Positions 42,910-55,905 of a stretch of 64,000 nucleotides of DNA are shown here, one piece after another. This stretch comes from Saccharolobus solfataricus P2. GTDB lineage: Archaea > Thermoproteota > Thermoprotei_A > Sulfolobales > Sulfolobaceae. Where the stretch lies: NCBI RefSeq assembly GCF_000007005.1, contig NC_002754.1. One strand, given 5' to 3'. The stretch's first letter is position 1. Every line of letters starts with the position of its first letter. The notes beneath the pieces were generated by a model. The model was not told where the DNA came from, ran no database searches, and saw nothing but the letters and a program-made list of their open reading frames with translations. Both the position numbers and the translations under genes were made by a program.

Positions 42910-43668
42910 ATGTCCTCTACTGGATATAATCCATTCAACTGGAAGTTTGTACTACTATCACAAGTAATGATGATATTGTTTTCTCTAGTACTTAGCTTTT
43001 TCCCAAAGTATTTTATAGAATTTTACATACTATACATTTTAGTTTACTTGGGTATAACATCAGTAATAATGATGCGTTCGAATCCTTTACTTAGAGAGAG
43101 GAGATCCTTAGGTGAAATAGCTAATGCTAGAACCTTATATGAAGAGAAAAAAGCAAGTGAACTCGTAAACCAAGATGAGGAGTATTTAAAGGAAACTACT
43201 GAGGTAATGAAGAAGAATTTCTCCTCAATGGGTATTATGTTCTTATACATGATAATACTAATATTAGTTTATAATTATGTGATAATTAGATTTGTTACTA
43301 ATATTGATAATACATTATATAAATTTGGATTCTTCGTGTTGTATTTTGAATTGCTCTACGGTGTTAGCTTTTTAATGAATAGACGTGTACTAAAGTTTCA
43401 AACTAATATCCCCATGGCGCCTACATCATATAAAATAACAGAAAAAGGTATTATAGCTACTGATAGATCTGGCGTATTTTTACCATCAAAGTATCTAATA
43501 GATGCCCAAATTTCTCAAAATAGAGATAAAAAGTACATTGAGATTAGGTCTTCATCAAAGTTCCCATTCCAGGTGAGACTGTATTCACAAGATATAGATA
43601 AAGTTTCCGAATTAATTGAGAGGGTAAAGAAAATAGAGCTCAAAAAACAATCCTCAGCTGAAAGTTAG
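42910..43668 (+). CDS. Conserved membrane protein (DUF2208-like)
   Basis: Four hydrophobic segments and a C-terminal beta domain; family assignment from memory. Confidence 0.6.
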   Translation: MSSTGYNPFNWKFVLLSQVMMILFSLVLSFFPKYFIEFYILYILVYLGITSVIMMRSNPLLRERRSLGEIANARTLYEEKKASELVNQDEEYLKETTEVMKKNFSSMGIMFLYMIILILVYNYVIIRFVTNIDNTLYKFGFFVLYFELLYGVSFLMNRRVLKFQTNIPMAPTSYKITEKGIIATDRSGVFLPSKYLIDAQISQNRDKKYIEIRSSSKFPFQVRLYSQDIDKVSELIERVKKIELKKQSSAES

Positions 43669-44944
43669 AAAAGTGTAAGTGAGAGTAACTTGCAACAGTG
43701 TTATTGCTTTTTACGCCGTCCAATTTATTAATAATACCTTTCCCTATTCTAACTTTAAATACAAATTCTTTTTCATTAACGCTTATGGGTTTAGACACAT
43801 GAAATTCATGCCCCCTGACTACATTGTTCTTATTAACTATGAAGTTCTCTTTAACTGCCTCTAATTCTGTATATCCAATTGTTAATTTATCTTTAGTTTT
43901 TATATCAATATCAAAAATACCAGTCATACTATGGTTTTTATTATTTTCGTCTATTAGGTTTTTAGATAAGTACATTAGTCCACCGCACTCAGCATAGATT
44001 TTTACTCCCGCGTAAGACATATTTTTAAGCCATTTCTTCGTTCTAGTGGACTTTTCTAACTCATTTAGATGAAGTTCTGGATAACCTCCCCCGATATATA
44101 TGGCTTCCGCATCCTCCACATATTCGTTATTTAGAGGGCTGAAGAATTCCAATTCGTATTTATTTTTCAATATATCCAAGTTTTCTTGATAATAGAAACT
44201 AAATGCTGGATCGTAAGCTATTGCCATTTTTCTTTTTACCCCATTACTCTCATTATCTTCCGGAAGATCGATTTCAAGATCTTCATCTGAAGCCATTTCA
44301 TAGATCTTATCTAAATCAACGTATTTCTCTACTAACTCTGAGGCATATCTAATTAAGTTTTGTACTTCTCTATTATCTTCGACGGTAACTAAACCTAAAT
44401 GTCTAGACTTAATTTCTAAATTCTTATCAAATGGGACATAGCCTAAAACTTCAACATCCTCTACTGCGTTCCTACAGTAATTATAATGGGTCTCAGAAGC
44501 TATTTTATTAAAGATTACACCCCTTATACTTACGTCGCTTCTATAATATTTTAGCCCCTTTACAATTGCACCTACAGTGCTCCCTATGTTGGAGCAGTTA
44601 ATTATTAAAATTATTGGGGTCTTAGTAACCTTGGCTAGCTCATAAGTGCTGTAAAGCGTGTCAACACCATCATATAAGCCCATTACTCCCTCAATTATTC
44701 CTATATCGAATTCCTTTCCGTATTTCGCTAGACTTCTTTTTACATTATTTTTTCCCATCATCCATAAGTCCAAGTTTATTGAAGGAAAACCTGTGGCAAT
44801 CTTGTGATATCCTGGATCTATGAAATCTGGTCCCGCTTTGAAACCTCTGACTTTATATTTTTTAGATAGTGCTCTCATTATTGCTGAGGTTATAAGCGTT
44901 TTACCTGATCCACTTCTATCTGATGATAACAATATCCTTTTCAT
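43640..44944 (-). CDS. cbiA: Cobyrinate a,c-diamide synthase
   Basis: [55 protein letters not shown]. Confidence 0.95.
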   Translation of the reverse strand: MKRILLSSDRSGSGKTLITSAIMRALSKKYKVRGFKAGPDFIDPGYHKIATGFPSINLDLWMMGKNNVKRSLAKYGKEFDIGIIEGVMGLYDGVDTLYSTYELAKVTKTPIILIINCSNIGSTVGAIVKGLKYYRSDVSIRGVIFNKIASETHYNYCRNAVEDVEVLGYVPFDKNLEIKSRHLGLVTVEDNREVQNLIRYASELVEKYVDLDKIYEMASDEDLEIDLPEDNESNGVKRKMAIAYDPAFSFYYQENLDILKNKYELEFFSPLNNEYVEDAEAIYIGGGYPELHLNELEKSTRTKKWLKNMSYAGVKIYAECGGLMYLSKNLIDENNKNHSMTGIFDIDIKTKDKLTIGYTELEAVKENFIVNKNNVVRGHEFHVSKPISVNEKEFVFKVRIGKGIINKLDGVKSNNTVASYSHLHFSNFQLRIVF

Positions 44945-45053
44945 TGCTATTAGAAGTATATATTTAAAAGGTAGTTAAATCTTGTGAATCTTTAGTTAAA
45001 TTGAAAGTATGATATATCTTAAATCTTTTGAAAGGAATATAAGATTGATTAAC

Positions 45054-45788
45054 ATGAAAGTAGTTTACGATGATGTAAGGGTTCTTAAAGATATCATACA
45101 AGCCTTAGCCAGGTTAGTTGATGAAGCGGTATTAAAGTTTAAGCAAGACAGCGTAGAGTTAGTCGCGCTAGATAGAGCTCATATTTCCCTTATATCAGTA
45201 AACTTGCCTAGAGAGATGTTTAAGGAGTATGATGTAAATGACGAATTTAAATTTGGCTTTAATACTCAATATTTAATGAAAATTTTGAAAGTAGCCAAGA
45301 GAAAAGAGGCAATAGAGATAGCTAGTGAATCTCCAGACAGTGTTATCATAAATATTATAGGGAGTACTAATAGAGAATTTAATGTTAGGAACCTAGAGGT
45401 ATCTGAACAAGAGATACCAGAGATCAATCTACAATTTGATATATCAGCGACTATTTCCTCAGATGGTTTTAAGTCTGCTATATCAGAAGTTTCCACAGTT
45501 ACGGATAATGTAGTTGTAGAGGGCCACGAAGATAGAATACTAATTAAGGCTGAAGGTGAAAGCGAGGTTGAAGTTGAATTTTCAAAAGATACCGGAGGTC
45601 TTCAAGATTTGGAATTCTCTAAAGAGTCCAAGAATTCATATTCCGCGGAATATCTTGATGACGTCTTATCTTTAACTAAACTTTCAGATTATGTGAAGAT
45701 TTCATTCGGTAATCAGAAGCCCCTTCAGTTATTCTTTAATATGGAGGGAGGGGGGAAAGTTACTTATTTATTAGCTCCAAAAGTTTGA
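45054..45788 (+). CDS. pcn3: DNA sliding clamp PCNA3 (start likely MKVVYDD)
   Basis: [13 protein letters not shown] fold, ends YLLAPKV. Confidence 0.93.
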
Positions 45789-45790
45789 TA

Positions 45791-46777
45791 ATGAATGTGA
45801 AAAAAGCCTTAGTGGGTAGTTTTCCAAAAAATCCAAAATTAGGGAAAGTAATTTCATGGTACAATACAGGCAAGATAAATAAGGAGAAACTAGAGAAGCA
45901 TATAAGTGAGAATATAAAAAAATTGTTTGAGCTAGCTGGAAATATCAAACTAGAGTATACTACCAATGGACTTTTTAGGTGGGATGACATAGTGGATGTA
46001 ACATTTGGTTTTATTAGTGGTACTGAAAAGGGTCCCCTACAAAGGTTTTTCGATAATAACTTCTATTATAGACAACCTATAATTAAGGAGAAAATAAATG
46101 TAAAGAAGAGAGAGGAAAACTCTTTCCTACAAGATTTGGAATTCTCTAGGAAAATTAAGGAAGAAGTAAGTTTACCTTCAAAGTTAAAGGCCGTAATTCC
46201 AGGACCTTTAACGTACTATGTACTATCTGATAATCGGTATTACAATAGTCCAATAGAACTAATGATGGATTATGCATCAGTGGTTAATTCATTATCACAA
46301 GAACTTTCGAGTGTGGTAGATGCTATAGAAATTCATGAGCCTGCCATATATACTAATAACATCAAGAGAGATATTTTAGAGAAATTACCGGAGATATACA
46401 AAAGCATGTTAGATAATGTAAAAATAGAGAAGCATCTAATAACCTATTTTGAAATCAATAACTTAAAGAGGCTAGATACTCTATTCTCCTTACCAGTAGA
46501 CTATTTTGGTATAGACGTGATAGAGAACTTGAAGAAACTTGGGAGAGTATATACATATTTCTCCTCTAGGAAAGTATACTTAGGTATGTTAAATGCTAGG
46601 AATACTAAGATGGAGAGGATAACTACAATTATTAGAGTTTATAACTCCGTTAAGCGAAAAGGTGTAAGTGATGTAATTATAGGTAATAATACCCTATTTG
46701 ATTTTATACCAGAGGTAGTTGTTGTAAAGAAACTTAAACTTTTAAAGAAATTAGAAAAGGTGGAAATCAATGAGTAA
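45791..46777 (+). CDS. Methionine synthase MetE, N-terminal (non-catalytic) half
   Basis: [35 protein letters not shown]. Zn ligands absent. Confidence 0.85.
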   Translation: MNVKKALVGSFPKNPKLGKVISWYNTGKINKEKLEKHISENIKKLFELAGNIKLEYTTNGLFRWDDIVDVTFGFISGTEKGPLQRFFDNNFYYRQPIIKEKINVKKREENSFLQDLEFSRKIKEEVSLPSKLKAVIPGPLTYYVLSDNRYYNSPIELMMDYASVVNSLSQELSSVVDAIEIHEPAIYTNNIKRDILEKLPEIYKSMLDNVKIEKHLITYFEINNLKRLDTLFSLPVDYFGIDVIENLKKLGRVYTYFSSRKVYLGMLNARNTKMERITTIIRVYNSVKRKGVSDVIIGNNTLFDFIPEVVVVKKLKLLKKLEKVEINE

Positions 46778-47768
46778 GTTACCTTTACTTCCTACCACTG
46801 TTATAGGAAGCTATCCTAGACCTAAATGGTTAAGGGAATCCATAAGGCTCCATAAAGCTGGTAAAATGAGCAATGAGGACTTACAAGAGGCCTTTAATGA
46901 TGCTGTAATAGCAGTTTTTCAAGATCACTATAAGGCAGGGGTGGACGTACCTACAGATGGCGAAGTCAGAAGAGATGAAATGGTTGAATTTTTTGCCGAG
47001 AGAATAAAAGGGTTTAAATTCTATGGTCCAGTACGAGTGTGGGGAACTGCATATTATAGGAAACCCTCTGTTGTAAGCAAAATTGAATATAGAGAACCAA
47101 TGTTAGTTGATGAGTTCACTTTTGCAAAATCCGTCTCTTATACTGATAACTTAAAAATAACAATAACTGGTCCTTACACCATAGCTGAATGGTCCTATAA
47201 CGAGTACTATAGAAATAAGAAAGACCTAGTTTTTGATCTAGCGAAAGCGATAAATCAAGAAATCAAAAATTTAGTAGAAGCAGGTGCTAAAATAATACAA
47301 ATAGATGAACCCGCCTTACATACTAGAAAGGAAGACGTAAGTTGGGGTGTAGAAGCAGTAAATGAGGCTGTAAAAGGTGTAAATGCTAAGTTGGTTATGC
47401 ATATATGCTATGGTGATTACAGCTTTGTTGCACCATACTTTAACGAGATTAAAGTTGATCAGATTAATTTTGCATTAAAAATTTACAACTACAAGCCTTT
47501 AGAGCTTTTGAAGAAGTATGGTTTCGATAAGGAACTTGGCGCTGGCGTGGTAGATGTGCATAATAGAAAGGTCGAGACGTCTGAGGAAGTTGCCAATGAT
47601 ATAAGAAAGATTTTAGAGTATTTCCCACCAGAGAAAGTGTGGATAAATCCAGACTGTGGGCTGAAATTACTTTCTAGAAAAATAGCCTATCAGAAACTAG
47701 TATCCATGGTAGAGGGAACAAAGGTTGTCAGAGAAGAACTTAAAAGGAAAGGATATAGTGTAGATTAA
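46770..47768 (+). CDS. metE: Methionine synthase MetE, C-terminal catalytic half
   Basis: [30 protein letters not shown], Zn ligands HICYG and NPDCG. Confidence 0.95.
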   Translation: MSKLPLLPTTVIGSYPRPKWLRESIRLHKAGKMSNEDLQEAFNDAVIAVFQDHYKAGVDVPTDGEVRRDEMVEFFAERIKGFKFYGPVRVWGTAYYRKPSVVSKIEYREPMLVDEFTFAKSVSYTDNLKITITGPYTIAEWSYNEYYRNKKDLVFDLAKAINQEIKNLVEAGAKIIQIDEPALHTRKEDVSWGVEAVNEAVKGVNAKLVMHICYGDYSFVAPYFNEIKVDQINFALKIYNYKPLELLKKYGFDKELGAGVVDVHNRKVETSEEVANDIRKILEYFPPEKVWINPDCGLKLLSRKIAYQKLVSMVEGTKVVREELKRKGYSVD

Positions 47769-47791
47769 AGGTAGTAATTTGGTGAACGCAG

Positions 47792-48250
47792 ATGAACAAG
47801 AGGAGGGCTAAAGGTAAATCGCATTCCATAAGGCCTGCTAGAGCTGGAGCACCTAAATGGGTAAGGTTAACCAGAGAAGAAGTTGAAATGCTAGTTGAAG
47901 AATTGGCAAAAAGAGGTTATACTCCATCAATGATAGGGATAATATTAAGAGATCAATATGGGATTCCTTTAGTTAAACAAATAGTCGGGAAAAAGGTTAC
48001 TCAAATACTGGAAGAAAGAGGTTTAGCTCCTCAAATACCTGAAGATCTTTTCAATCTGATAAGGAAGGCAGTAAATGTAAGGAGGCATATCAATGAATAT
48101 CCACGTGATAAAACAGCAAAGAAAGGATTAGAAGAGATTGAATCAAAAATCAGGCGTTTAACTAGGTATTATAAAGGTATTGGAAAACTACCACAAGAAT
48201 GGGTTTACGATCCTGCAAAGGCCGAGCTATTAGTAGCTGGTGCAAGTTAG
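47792..48250 (+). CDS. rps15: 30S ribosomal protein uS15
   Basis: [36 protein letters not shown]. Confidence 0.97.
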   Translation: MNKRRAKGKSHSIRPARAGAPKWVRLTREEVEMLVEELAKRGYTPSMIGIILRDQYGIPLVKQIVGKKVTQILEERGLAPQIPEDLFNLIRKAVNVRRHINEYPRDKTAKKGLEEIESKIRRLTRYYKGIGKLPQEWVYDPAKAELLVAGAS

Positions 48251-48633
48251 TAGTTTTTGTTGTAAGTTTCGTTTACTCTTTTAACCAATACCTCTCCTAT
48301 TTTCTCATCAAATCCTAATGGATCAGCTATTGTTATTTCAATTTCTCTTCCCATGTATCGTATTTTCTTTTCATCGTTGTCTATACCTAGTAGCCTTGGG
48401 ATATCTCTTCTGAAATGAGTTCCGGTTGCAAATAGTAATGGAACTACTACTATCTTGTCAGCGCCTTTAGCGAGAAGGTTACTTAGGGCTTCGCTTAGCG
48501 TAGGTTTATTAAATTCTAAGAAACCAAATTCCACCAAACTAAAATATTTAGATAAATATTCGGCATACTTAATACCAACGTCTTTCCATTCTGGTATCTT
48601 GCTACCATGTAAAACTAACAAAACTCCTAGCAC
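48247..48633 (-). CDS. cbiX: Sirohydrochlorin cobaltochelatase CbiX, short form
   Basis: [25 protein letters not shown]...DIP, PLG. Confidence 0.9.
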   Translation of the reverse strand: MLGVLLVLHGSKIPEWKDVGIKYAEYLSKYFSLVEFGFLEFNKPTLSEALSNLLAKGADKIVVVPLLFATGTHFRRDIPRLLGIDNDEKKIRYMGREIEITIADPLGFDEKIGEVLVKRVNETYNKNY

Positions 48634-48710
48634 CGCTGTTCACATAGCTTATGGTAATGCGATTTTATATATTTGTTTTAAGTATACCACACAAAAGGTG
48701 GCATTGTTAA

Positions 48711-49355
48711 ATGCCGGACTTCAAAATTGTCATTTCAGATCCACAATCTGTAGAGCCTAAAAGAATAAAGGTCAAAGTAAAGGCAAGTGATCAAGTTAAA
48801 TCAATTACTGGGGAAAAAGATGGAAAAGCGGTACCACAAGCTAAGGTTAATGAAAAAACTAAACAATTATTAAATGTTGATACGCTTTTAACATTAGAAA
48901 TAACCAAACAAGAAGGCGATAAAAAGGTAAAGGTAAAAGGTCATTTTAAGGTAGATGTAGATAACAGTGTACCAGATAACGAAGTATGGATAAGTAAAAC
49001 AATGGCGGAGAAATTTGGAGCTGAGGATTTTGAAGCCTTTGCATATAGGACTAAGACGCTACAAATAAGTGTTGATCAAAACAAGGCAACGAATCTAGTC
49101 GGTCTAAAAATAGGCGATGTATTCGAAGCTAATCAACTAATTGGGTTACCAGTTAAGTTGAAGATAACTGGAGGATCGGATAATTCAGGGTTCCCAATGC
49201 GATTTGATGTTATTGGGGCAGCTAAGCGTAAAATATTACTAAGTGGGCCTCCTGGATTTTACCCGAATGAAAATGGAGAAAGAAGAAGAAAAACTATACG
49301 AGGAAATACAATTAGCCAGGAAATAGTTCAAATTAATACCATAATAGTAAGGTGA
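48711..49355 (+). CDS. rps6e: 30S ribosomal protein eS6
   Basis: [34 protein letters not shown]. Confidence 0.96.
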
Positions 49356-49363
49356 AGTAGTTT

Positions 49364-50611
49364 TTGGCATGGCCTAAAGTTCAACCAGAAGTTAATATAG
49401 GTGTAGTTGGTCATGTAGATCATGGTAAGACTACACTAGTTCAAGCAATAACGGGAATTTGGACATCAAAACATTCCGAAGAATTAAAAAGAGGTATGAC
49501 AATAAAACTGGGTTACGCAGAGACTAATATAGGTGTTTGTGAAAGTTGTAAAAAACCTGAGGCATATGTAACTGAACCCTCATGTAAATCTTGTGGATCA
49601 GATGATGAGCCCAAGTTTCTGAGACGAATTTCCTTTATTGATGCCCCGGGCCATGAAGTTCTAATGGCTACAATGTTATCTGGAGCTGCATTAATGGATG
49701 GCGCAATTCTAGTCGTTGCTGCAAATGAACCTTTTCCGCAACCTCAGACTAGAGAACATTTCGTAGCATTAGGTATAATAGGAGTGAAAAACCTAATTAT
49801 AGTTCAAAATAAGGTAGACGTAGTCTCCAAAGAGGAAGCGTTATCGCAGTATAGGCAAATAAAGCAGTTTACGAAGGGAACTTGGGCTGAAAATGTACCT
49901 ATAATCCCAGTAAGTGCACTTCATAAGATTAATATAGATTCTCTAATCGAAGGTATAGAAGAGTATATAAAAACTCCTTACAGGGATCTCTCACAAAAAC
50001 CTGTTATGCTTGTGATAAGAAGTTTTGACGTTAATAAGCCCGGTACCCAATTCAATGAGTTGAAGGGTGGTGTAATAGGTGGCAGTATTATACAAGGTTT
50101 GTTTAAAGTTGACCAAGAAATAAAAGTATTACCGGGCTTAAGAGTGGAAAAACAAGGTAAAGTATCTTATGAACCTATTTTCACAAAGATTTCGTCCATA
50201 AGGTTTGGAGATGAGGAATTTAAAGAGGCTAAACCAGGAGGTTTAGTTGCAATAGGTACATATTTAGATCCCTCATTGACTAAAGCTGATAATTTGCTTG
50301 GCAGTATTATTACCTTAGCTGATGCTGAAGTTCCAGTTTTATGGAACATTAGAATAAAGTATAATCTCCTAGAACGTGTAGTTGGAGCTAAGGAAATGTT
50401 AAAGGTAGATCCCATAAGAGCTAAGGAAACTTTAATGTTGTCTGTAGGTTCATCGACGACTTTGGGTATCGTTACCTCTGTAAAGAAGGATGAGATTGAA
50501 GTGGAGTTAAGGAGACCTGTGGCAGTATGGTCTAATAATATTAGAACTGTCATAAGTAGGCAAATAGCTGGTAGGTGGAGAATGATAGGATGGGGTTTAG
50601 TAGAGATCTAA
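49364..50611 (+). CDS. eif2g: Translation initiation factor aIF2 gamma subunit
   Basis: [32 protein letters not shown]; TTG start after AGGTGA. Confidence 0.98.
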
Positions 50612-51012
50612 AAGTACTAGTTGATACTAATATTTTATTGTACGTGTATGATGGTTTAGATCCATTTAATAAGGTATTAGAATTTCTAGATTATAAACCG
50701 TCTTTTTTTATTCATTCTACAGTCTTAAGAGAGCTAGATATTTTATTTGAGAAGAACAAAAAAGGATTTATTATATCATCTAGAATTAAGATAGCCAGAA
50801 AATATTTGGAAGTATATAAAAATTTATGGAATTTAATAAATGATTATGATGATTTACCTACAGATGAAGCATTAATAAGGACCGCTCTTAAGCATAATAT
50901 GTTTATATTTACTAATGATAAGGAATTAAAAAATGATGCAATTAAAAAGGGTATAGGAGTTTTATTTCTTCAGAATAGGAGTAAAATTATAAAATCCTTA
51001 TATCCTATCTAA
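50575..51012 (+). CDS. PIN-domain nuclease (Fcf1/Utp24-like)
   Basis: VLVDTN, VLRELD, TDEAL, FTNDKEL; conserved aIF2g-rpoE context. Confidence 0.85.
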
Positions 51013-51015
51013 CGT

Positions 51016-51558
51016 ATGTATAAACTTATTAAAGCACGTAGCATTGTGAGGATTCCTCCAAATGAATTTGGCAAGCCGTTAAACGAGATAGCTTTAAACG
51101 AACTAAGGCAGCAATATCAAGAAAAGATCCTCAAGGATTTAGGTCTAGTTTTAGCTATATTAAATGTGAAAACCAGTGAGGAAGGGATACTAGTATTTGG
51201 CGATGGCGCTACTTACCATGAGGTTGAATTCGATATGATAACCTATGTACCAGTTGTACAAGAGGTAGTTGAGGGTGAGGTTTTACAAGTTGACAACTAT
51301 GGCATATTCGTTAATTTAGGTCCAATGGATGGTCTTGTTCACATTTCCCAAATAACAGATGATACACTAAAATATGACAATGTAAGAGGTATAATATTCG
51401 GAGAGAAATCTAAGAAAGTGATACAAAAGGGTGATAAGGTAAGAGCAAGGGTAATAAGCGTCGCATCTACGGTAACAGGTCGGTTGCCTAGAATTGCTTT
51501 AACAATGAGGCAACCCTACTTAGGTAAACTAGAGTGGATAACACAGACTAAGAAGTGA
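51016..51558 (+). CDS. rpoE1: RNA polymerase subunit Rpo7 (E')
   Basis: [35 protein letters not shown]. Confidence 0.97.
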   Translation: MYKLIKARSIVRIPPNEFGKPLNEIALNELRQQYQEKILKDLGLVLAILNVKTSEEGILVFGDGATYHEVEFDMITYVPVVQEVVEGEVLQVDNYGIFVNLGPMDGLVHISQITDDTLKYDNVRGIIFGEKSKKVIQKGDKVRARVISVASTVTGRLPRIALTMRQPYLGKLEWITQTKK

Positions 51559-51564
51559 GTATAA

Positions 51565-51765
51565 ATGGCTAAGAAATCAGTCTTTAAAGCATGCAAAAAT
51601 TGTAAGGCATTAGTAGATACTGATAAGGAAACATGTCCAGTATGTGGAAGTACTAGTTTTACAGATGAGTGGGATGGTATGATAATTATCATTAATTCAG
51701 AGTCTGAAATAGCCAAAATAACTGAGGCACCAAAGCCATGGAAGTACGCAATAATAATAAAGTAA
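51565..51765 (+). CDS. spt4: Transcription elongation factor Spt4 (RpoE'')
   Basis: KACKNC...CPVCGS....W.GMIII. Confidence 0.96.
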   Translation: MAKKSVFKACKNCKALVDTDKETCPVCGSTSFTDEWDGMIIIINSESEIAKITEAPKPWKYAIIIK

Positions 51766-52277
51766 ATCTATGCTTTAGTTTTGATAATTTAAGAAATGAA
51801 CTTTCTAGGCCATATGGTATTCTTTTTATAAATAACAAAATCTTTTTAGAGTTTATATCTAAATCGATACAACGAGGTTCTAGGATAATTACTGTAGGAG
51901 ATTACGTAAGTAGAGTACTAGAAGAAAATGGCATAGTTCCCTTCTTAGAAGTCATAGATGGAAAAACTAAGAGAACTATAACACAGAATAGAGCCATTAC
52001 AAGAAATAAGGAATATAAGGTAACAAATGAGGCAGGGAAAATTCGATTTGAAATATTTGAAATCATGGAGAATATCCTAAAAGATAGGGAAGGTGGAGTA
52101 GTTTTTGTAGATGGAGAGGAGGACTTACTCGTTATTCCGGTCACATTAAGTGCAAATCATGGTGATATAGTAATTTATGGACAACCCAATGCAGGAGCAG
52201 TTGTAATTATTGTAAACGAGATGATAAGGTGGAGAGTAAGAGATATATTAGAAAAAGCTATAGTAAAAGAATGTTAA
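51738..52277 (+). CDS. GTP-dependent dephospho-CoA kinase (DUF359)
   Basis: TVGD, IDGKTKR, N.AG.I, VDGEEDLL, YGQPN.G.V. Confidence 0.88.
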   Translation: MEVRNNNKVNLCFSFDNLRNELSRPYGILFINNKIFLEFISKSIQRGSRIITVGDYVSRVLEENGIVPFLEVIDGKTKRTITQNRAITRNKEYKVTNEAGKIRFEIFEIMENILKDREGGVVFVDGEEDLLVIPVTLSANHGDIVIYGQPNAGAVVIIVNEMIRWRVRDILEKAIVKEC

Positions 52278-52312
52278 CTCTTCTACTTCTTAAAGAGTAA
52301 ATCTTAACTTAA

Positions 52313-52365
52313 TCAGCCCTGCGCAGGATCTTCATTTTTAATTCCGTCCTTCCGAGCGTCATCAT
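52313..52365 (-). ncRNA. Box C/D guide sRNA overlapping the apgM stop codon
   Basis: C ATGATGA, 12-nt guide CGCTCGGAAGGA, D' CGGA, C' ATGAAGA, 12-nt guide TCCTGCGCAGGG, D CTGA. Confidence 0.82.
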
Positions 52366-53606
52366 GAACCGTATTTCTCTGCTCTATTAGAGTAGTTTAA
52401 CAATATATTTGTTACGTCTAATCCTCTTATTCTTAGGCTTCCCTTTCTAGCCTCCTTCTCGTTAAAATCTCCTACATTATCGTTAATAATTGGATAAGGT
52501 ACGTAGAGAAGTACTGGAACTGGATCTCCAGTATGTTCTTTAATTTCTACTGGGGTAACGTGATCTCCAGTAAACATTAATATTAAATTATCTCTTCCGA
52601 TATTGTCTATAATAGCTCCTATTACTCTATCTATCCTCTCTATTGCCTTTACTTTTTCTTCTACTAATCCATCATGTGATGCTGCATCTGTAGCTTTAAT
52701 ATGTAGGAAAACGAAATCATTCTCCTTTAATAATTCTATTGCAGCTTTAGCTTTGGCGTTATAATTAGTATCTATACCTCCAGTAGCACCCGATGGCGTT
52801 ATAACGTTCATACCGAGTTCTCTACATATTCCTTTTATGAGTGCTGTAGCCGAAACAGCCGCAGCTTTAAGTTTGGTATAGCTTGAAAATGGCGGTAACT
52901 TAACGTAATGAGCGGCTCCTCTCAATAGCACAATGTTAGCAGGCTTCTCTCCTTGTTCTATTCTTCTCTTATTTATTTCAGAGGAATTTAATACATCAAA
53001 AACTTTCCGCGTAAGTATATTGATGATCTCGGCTGTTCTTATAGCTTCGTTAGAATCTTCTAATGGTTTACTTTCTAGAACTTTCAAGCCCTCATGATGA
53101 GGATCAGTATCACTAACCTTATCACTTATTCCTTTCCCGGATAATACTACTGCTATTCTATGCTCTGTTCCTTTATAAAATTTAATCTTTACGTCATTTA
53201 TCTCTTTAATTTTTTCGTTTAATTCCTTTACTAGCTGCTCTCCTTCTTCAAGCTTCCTTCCTGCTCTCCTATCAACTACAACTAGATCATTATTCACTGT
53301 AGCGAAATTTCCTCTAAATGCAACATCTCCGTGGCTAAGCGTAGCTCCAGCTCCTAATGCCTCGAAAGCCCCTCTTCCCCTATAGTAAACATGTGGATCT
53401 AGGCCAAATATTGATAGATGTGAAGTATCACTCCCAGGAATTATACCCGGTGATATTGGATCCATTAAGCCAATCATTGAGTTTTTAAGCAAGTCAGTTA
53501 TGGCTGGTTTATTGGCAGCTTCTAATGGGGTTAATCCATTTAATTTAGATACCGGTCTATCTCCTAAACCATCTGCGACTATTAAAAGAATTTTATATTG
53601 CTTCAA
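52362..53606 (-). CDS. apgM: 2,3-bisphosphoglycerate-independent phosphoglycerate mutase
   Basis: [45 protein letters not shown]. Confidence 0.95.
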   Translation of the reverse strand: MKQYKILLIVADGLGDRPVSKLNGLTPLEAANKPAITDLLKNSMIGLMDPISPGIIPGSDTSHLSIFGLDPHVYYRGRGAFEALGAGATLSHGDVAFRGNFATVNNDLVVVDRRAGRKLEEGEQLVKELNEKIKEINDVKIKFYKGTEHRIAVVLSGKGISDKVSDTDPHHEGLKVLESKPLEDSNEAIRTAEIINILTRKVFDVLNSSEINKRRIEQGEKPANIVLLRGAAHYVKLPPFSSYTKLKAAAVSATALIKGICRELGMNVITPSGATGGIDTNYNAKAKAAIELLKENDFVFLHIKATDAASHDGLVEEKVKAIERIDRVIGAIIDNIGRDNLILMFTGDHVTPVEIKEHTGDPVPVLLYVPYPIINDNVGDFNEKEARKGSLRIRGLDVTNILLNYSNRAEKYGS

Positions 53607-55840
53607 CCAATCACCGATCTCTTTATTTCTTTTACCATGTTTTCATATCTCATAATATCAGCTTTAGTTAGACTAGGCGTTACAATCTTCATGGTATCTA
53701 GGAAATCTTGCATAGTAATTTTTATTTCTAGATTGCTCATGCAACTCTTTATAGTCTTATCAGTGCACTCTTGATCTTTGCACTCCTTTTTGGCTTTATT
53801 TAAGCAATCGTAATACTTTTGTCTCAGTACTTTCATTGTTGTTTCCCTAGCTAAGGCTTCTATATCAGCTCCCGTATATCCTTCAAGTTTTTTGGCTAAC
53901 TCCTCTAGGTTTACACTAGAATCTATAGGTAATGTTCTAGTGTAAATTTTGAGTATCTCTATTCTAGCCTTCTCATCAGGTGGCGGAACATATATTAATC
54001 TATCAAACCTACCAGGTCTTAGCAATGCTGGATCTAAAATATCTGGTCTATTAGTTGCAGCTATAACTACAACTCTATTTAGTGATTGAATTCCATCCAT
54101 TTCTGACAATAACTGATTTACTATTCTTTCTGTTACACCAGAATCATGTGTAAAGCCTCTCATGGGTGCAATCGAATCTATTTCATCAAAGAATATTACG
54201 CAAGGAGCCGTTTGTCTTGCTCTCCTAAATATTTCTCTAACTGCTTTTTCACTTTCACCTACCCATTTGGATAATATTTCTGGTCCTCTCACTGCTATGA
54301 AGTTTGCTCCGCTTTCAGTCGCCACAGCCTTCGCTAGCATTGTCTTTCCAGTTCCGGGTGGACCAAATAACAATATACCCTTAGGTGGTCTAATTCCAAG
54401 CTTTTCAAACATTTCTGGAAATTTCAATGGCCACTCCACAGCCTCTCTTAATTGCTGTTTGGCTTCTTCCAGTCCTCCAATATCCTCCCATTTAACCTTC
54501 GGAACTTCAACGTATACTTCTCTAAGGAGTGTTGGTTGAATGAACTTCATGGCGTCAATGAAATCTTGCATTGTTACTTTCAATTCCTTTAAAACATCTA
54601 CTGGTATTTGTTCTTGTTCTAGATTAATCTTGCGTTCATTTATAAATCTTCTCAATGCATTCATAGCTGCCTCTCTAGCCAGAGCTGCGAGATCAGCTCC
54701 AGTGTAACCGTGAGTCTGCTCAGAAATTTTATCTAAATCTACATCCTCAGCTAGAGGCATGTTTCTGGTATGTACTTGTAGAATCTCTTTTCTAGCCTTA
54801 GCATCGGGTGGTCTAATTTCTATTTCCCTATCAAATCTGCCAGGTCTTCTTAATGCAGGATCTACTGCATCTGGTCTATTAGTTGCTCCTATAACTATTA
54901 CTTTTCCTCTTCCTTTAATTCCATCCATTAGAGTTAACAATTGCGCTACTACTCTTTTCTCTACTTCTCCAGTAACTTCTTCTCTCTTTGGTGCTATTGC
55001 ATCAATTTCATCAATGAATATTATTGCTGGAGAATTCTTTTCTGCTTCCTCAAATATTTCTCTTAATCTTTGCTCACTTTCCCCATAGAATTTACTCATT
55101 ATTTCTGGTCCATTAATTGAAGTGAAGTATGCACCTATCTCATTAGCCAGTGCTCTAGCCAATAAGGTTTTTCCAACTCCCGGTGGTCCATATAGTAGTA
55201 CACCCTTTGGAGGTTCTATTCCTAGATGCTGGAAAACTTCTGGATGTCTCATTGGTAGTTCTACTATTTCTCTTATTTTCTCTTTTACATCTTCAAGATC
55301 GCCAATATCTTCCCAAGTTACCTTAGGTACTGCTGCAGACTCTTTTACTGGTTCTTGTCTTATCTCTAATGATGTCCTACCAGTAATCCTTACTGATTGT
55401 GAAGGCTGAGTCGAAACTACGACAAAATCTATTGAGCCAACATAAGTAGGTACAGAAATTGTTTCTCCTCTGCTTATCGGTTTATCCATTAACCAGTCTT
55501 TAACGTATTCTACGAAACTCTGACTAAAGGATATAGGTTGTGTTGGAGCTAAAACTACTTTAGTGGCATCTTGTACTTGTGCTCTCTTTACTGTAACTTC
55601 ATCTCCAATACCCACTCCTATGGATCTTCTAATGTAACCATCTACTCTTATCTCATTGTCTGCAATTCCGTCTCCTATTAATGCTTGAGCTAACGCAGAA
55701 CCAGAAGGTCCAATAATCTCTACATAGTCACCGTTTTCTATGCCTAGTCTGCTTATAGTGTAATCCGTTATTCTGGCGACTTTTCTCCCAACATCTCTTT
55801 GCCTAGCCTCTACCACTCTCAATTTCAATTGTTGGGACAT
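53603..55840 (-). CDS. cdc48: Cdc48/VAT-type AAA+ ATPase (two AAA modules); start revised to MSQQLKL
   Basis: GPPGVGKT and GPPGTGKT, two Walker [29 protein letters not shown] box at 55861-55868 fits a leaderless ATG at 55840. Confidence 0.95.
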   Translation of the reverse strand: MSQQLKLRVVEARQRDVGRKVARITDYTISRLGIENGDYVEIIGPSGSALAQALIGDGIADNEIRVDGYIRRSIGVGIGDEVTVKRAQVQDATKVVLAPTQPISFSQSFVEYVKDWLMDKPISRGETISVPTYVGSIDFVVVSTQPSQSVRITGRTSLEIRQEPVKESAAVPKVTWEDIGDLEDVKEKIREIVELPMRHPEVFQHLGIEPPKGVLLYGPPGVGKTLLARALANEIGAYFTSINGPEIMSKFYGESEQRLREIFEEAEKNSPAIIFIDEIDAIAPKREEVTGEVEKRVVAQLLTLMDGIKGRGKVIVIGATNRPDAVDPALRRPGRFDREIEIRPPDAKARKEILQVHTRNMPLAEDVDLDKISEQTHGYTGADLAALAREAAMNALRRFINERKINLEQEQIPVDVLKELKVTMQDFIDAMKFIQPTLLREVYVEVPKVKWEDIGGLEEAKQQLREAVEWPLKFPEMFEKLGIRPPKGILLFGPPGTGKTMLAKAVATESGANFIAVRGPEILSKWVGESEKAVREIFRRARQTAPCVIFFDEIDSIAPMRGFTHDSGVTERIVNQLLSEMDGIQSLNRVVVIAATNRPDILDPALLRPGRFDRLIYVPPPDEKARIEILKIYTRTLPIDSSVNLEELAKKLEGYTGADIEALARETTMKVLRQKYYDCLNKAKKECKDQECTDKTIKSCMSNLEIKITMQDFLDTMKIVTPSLTKADIMRYENMVKEIKRSVIG

Positions 55841-55905
55841 ATTATTCATCTTTCCGAAACGTTTAAAATAAGTCTTACTCATTAAAACTATACGAGATTG
55901 GGAAG

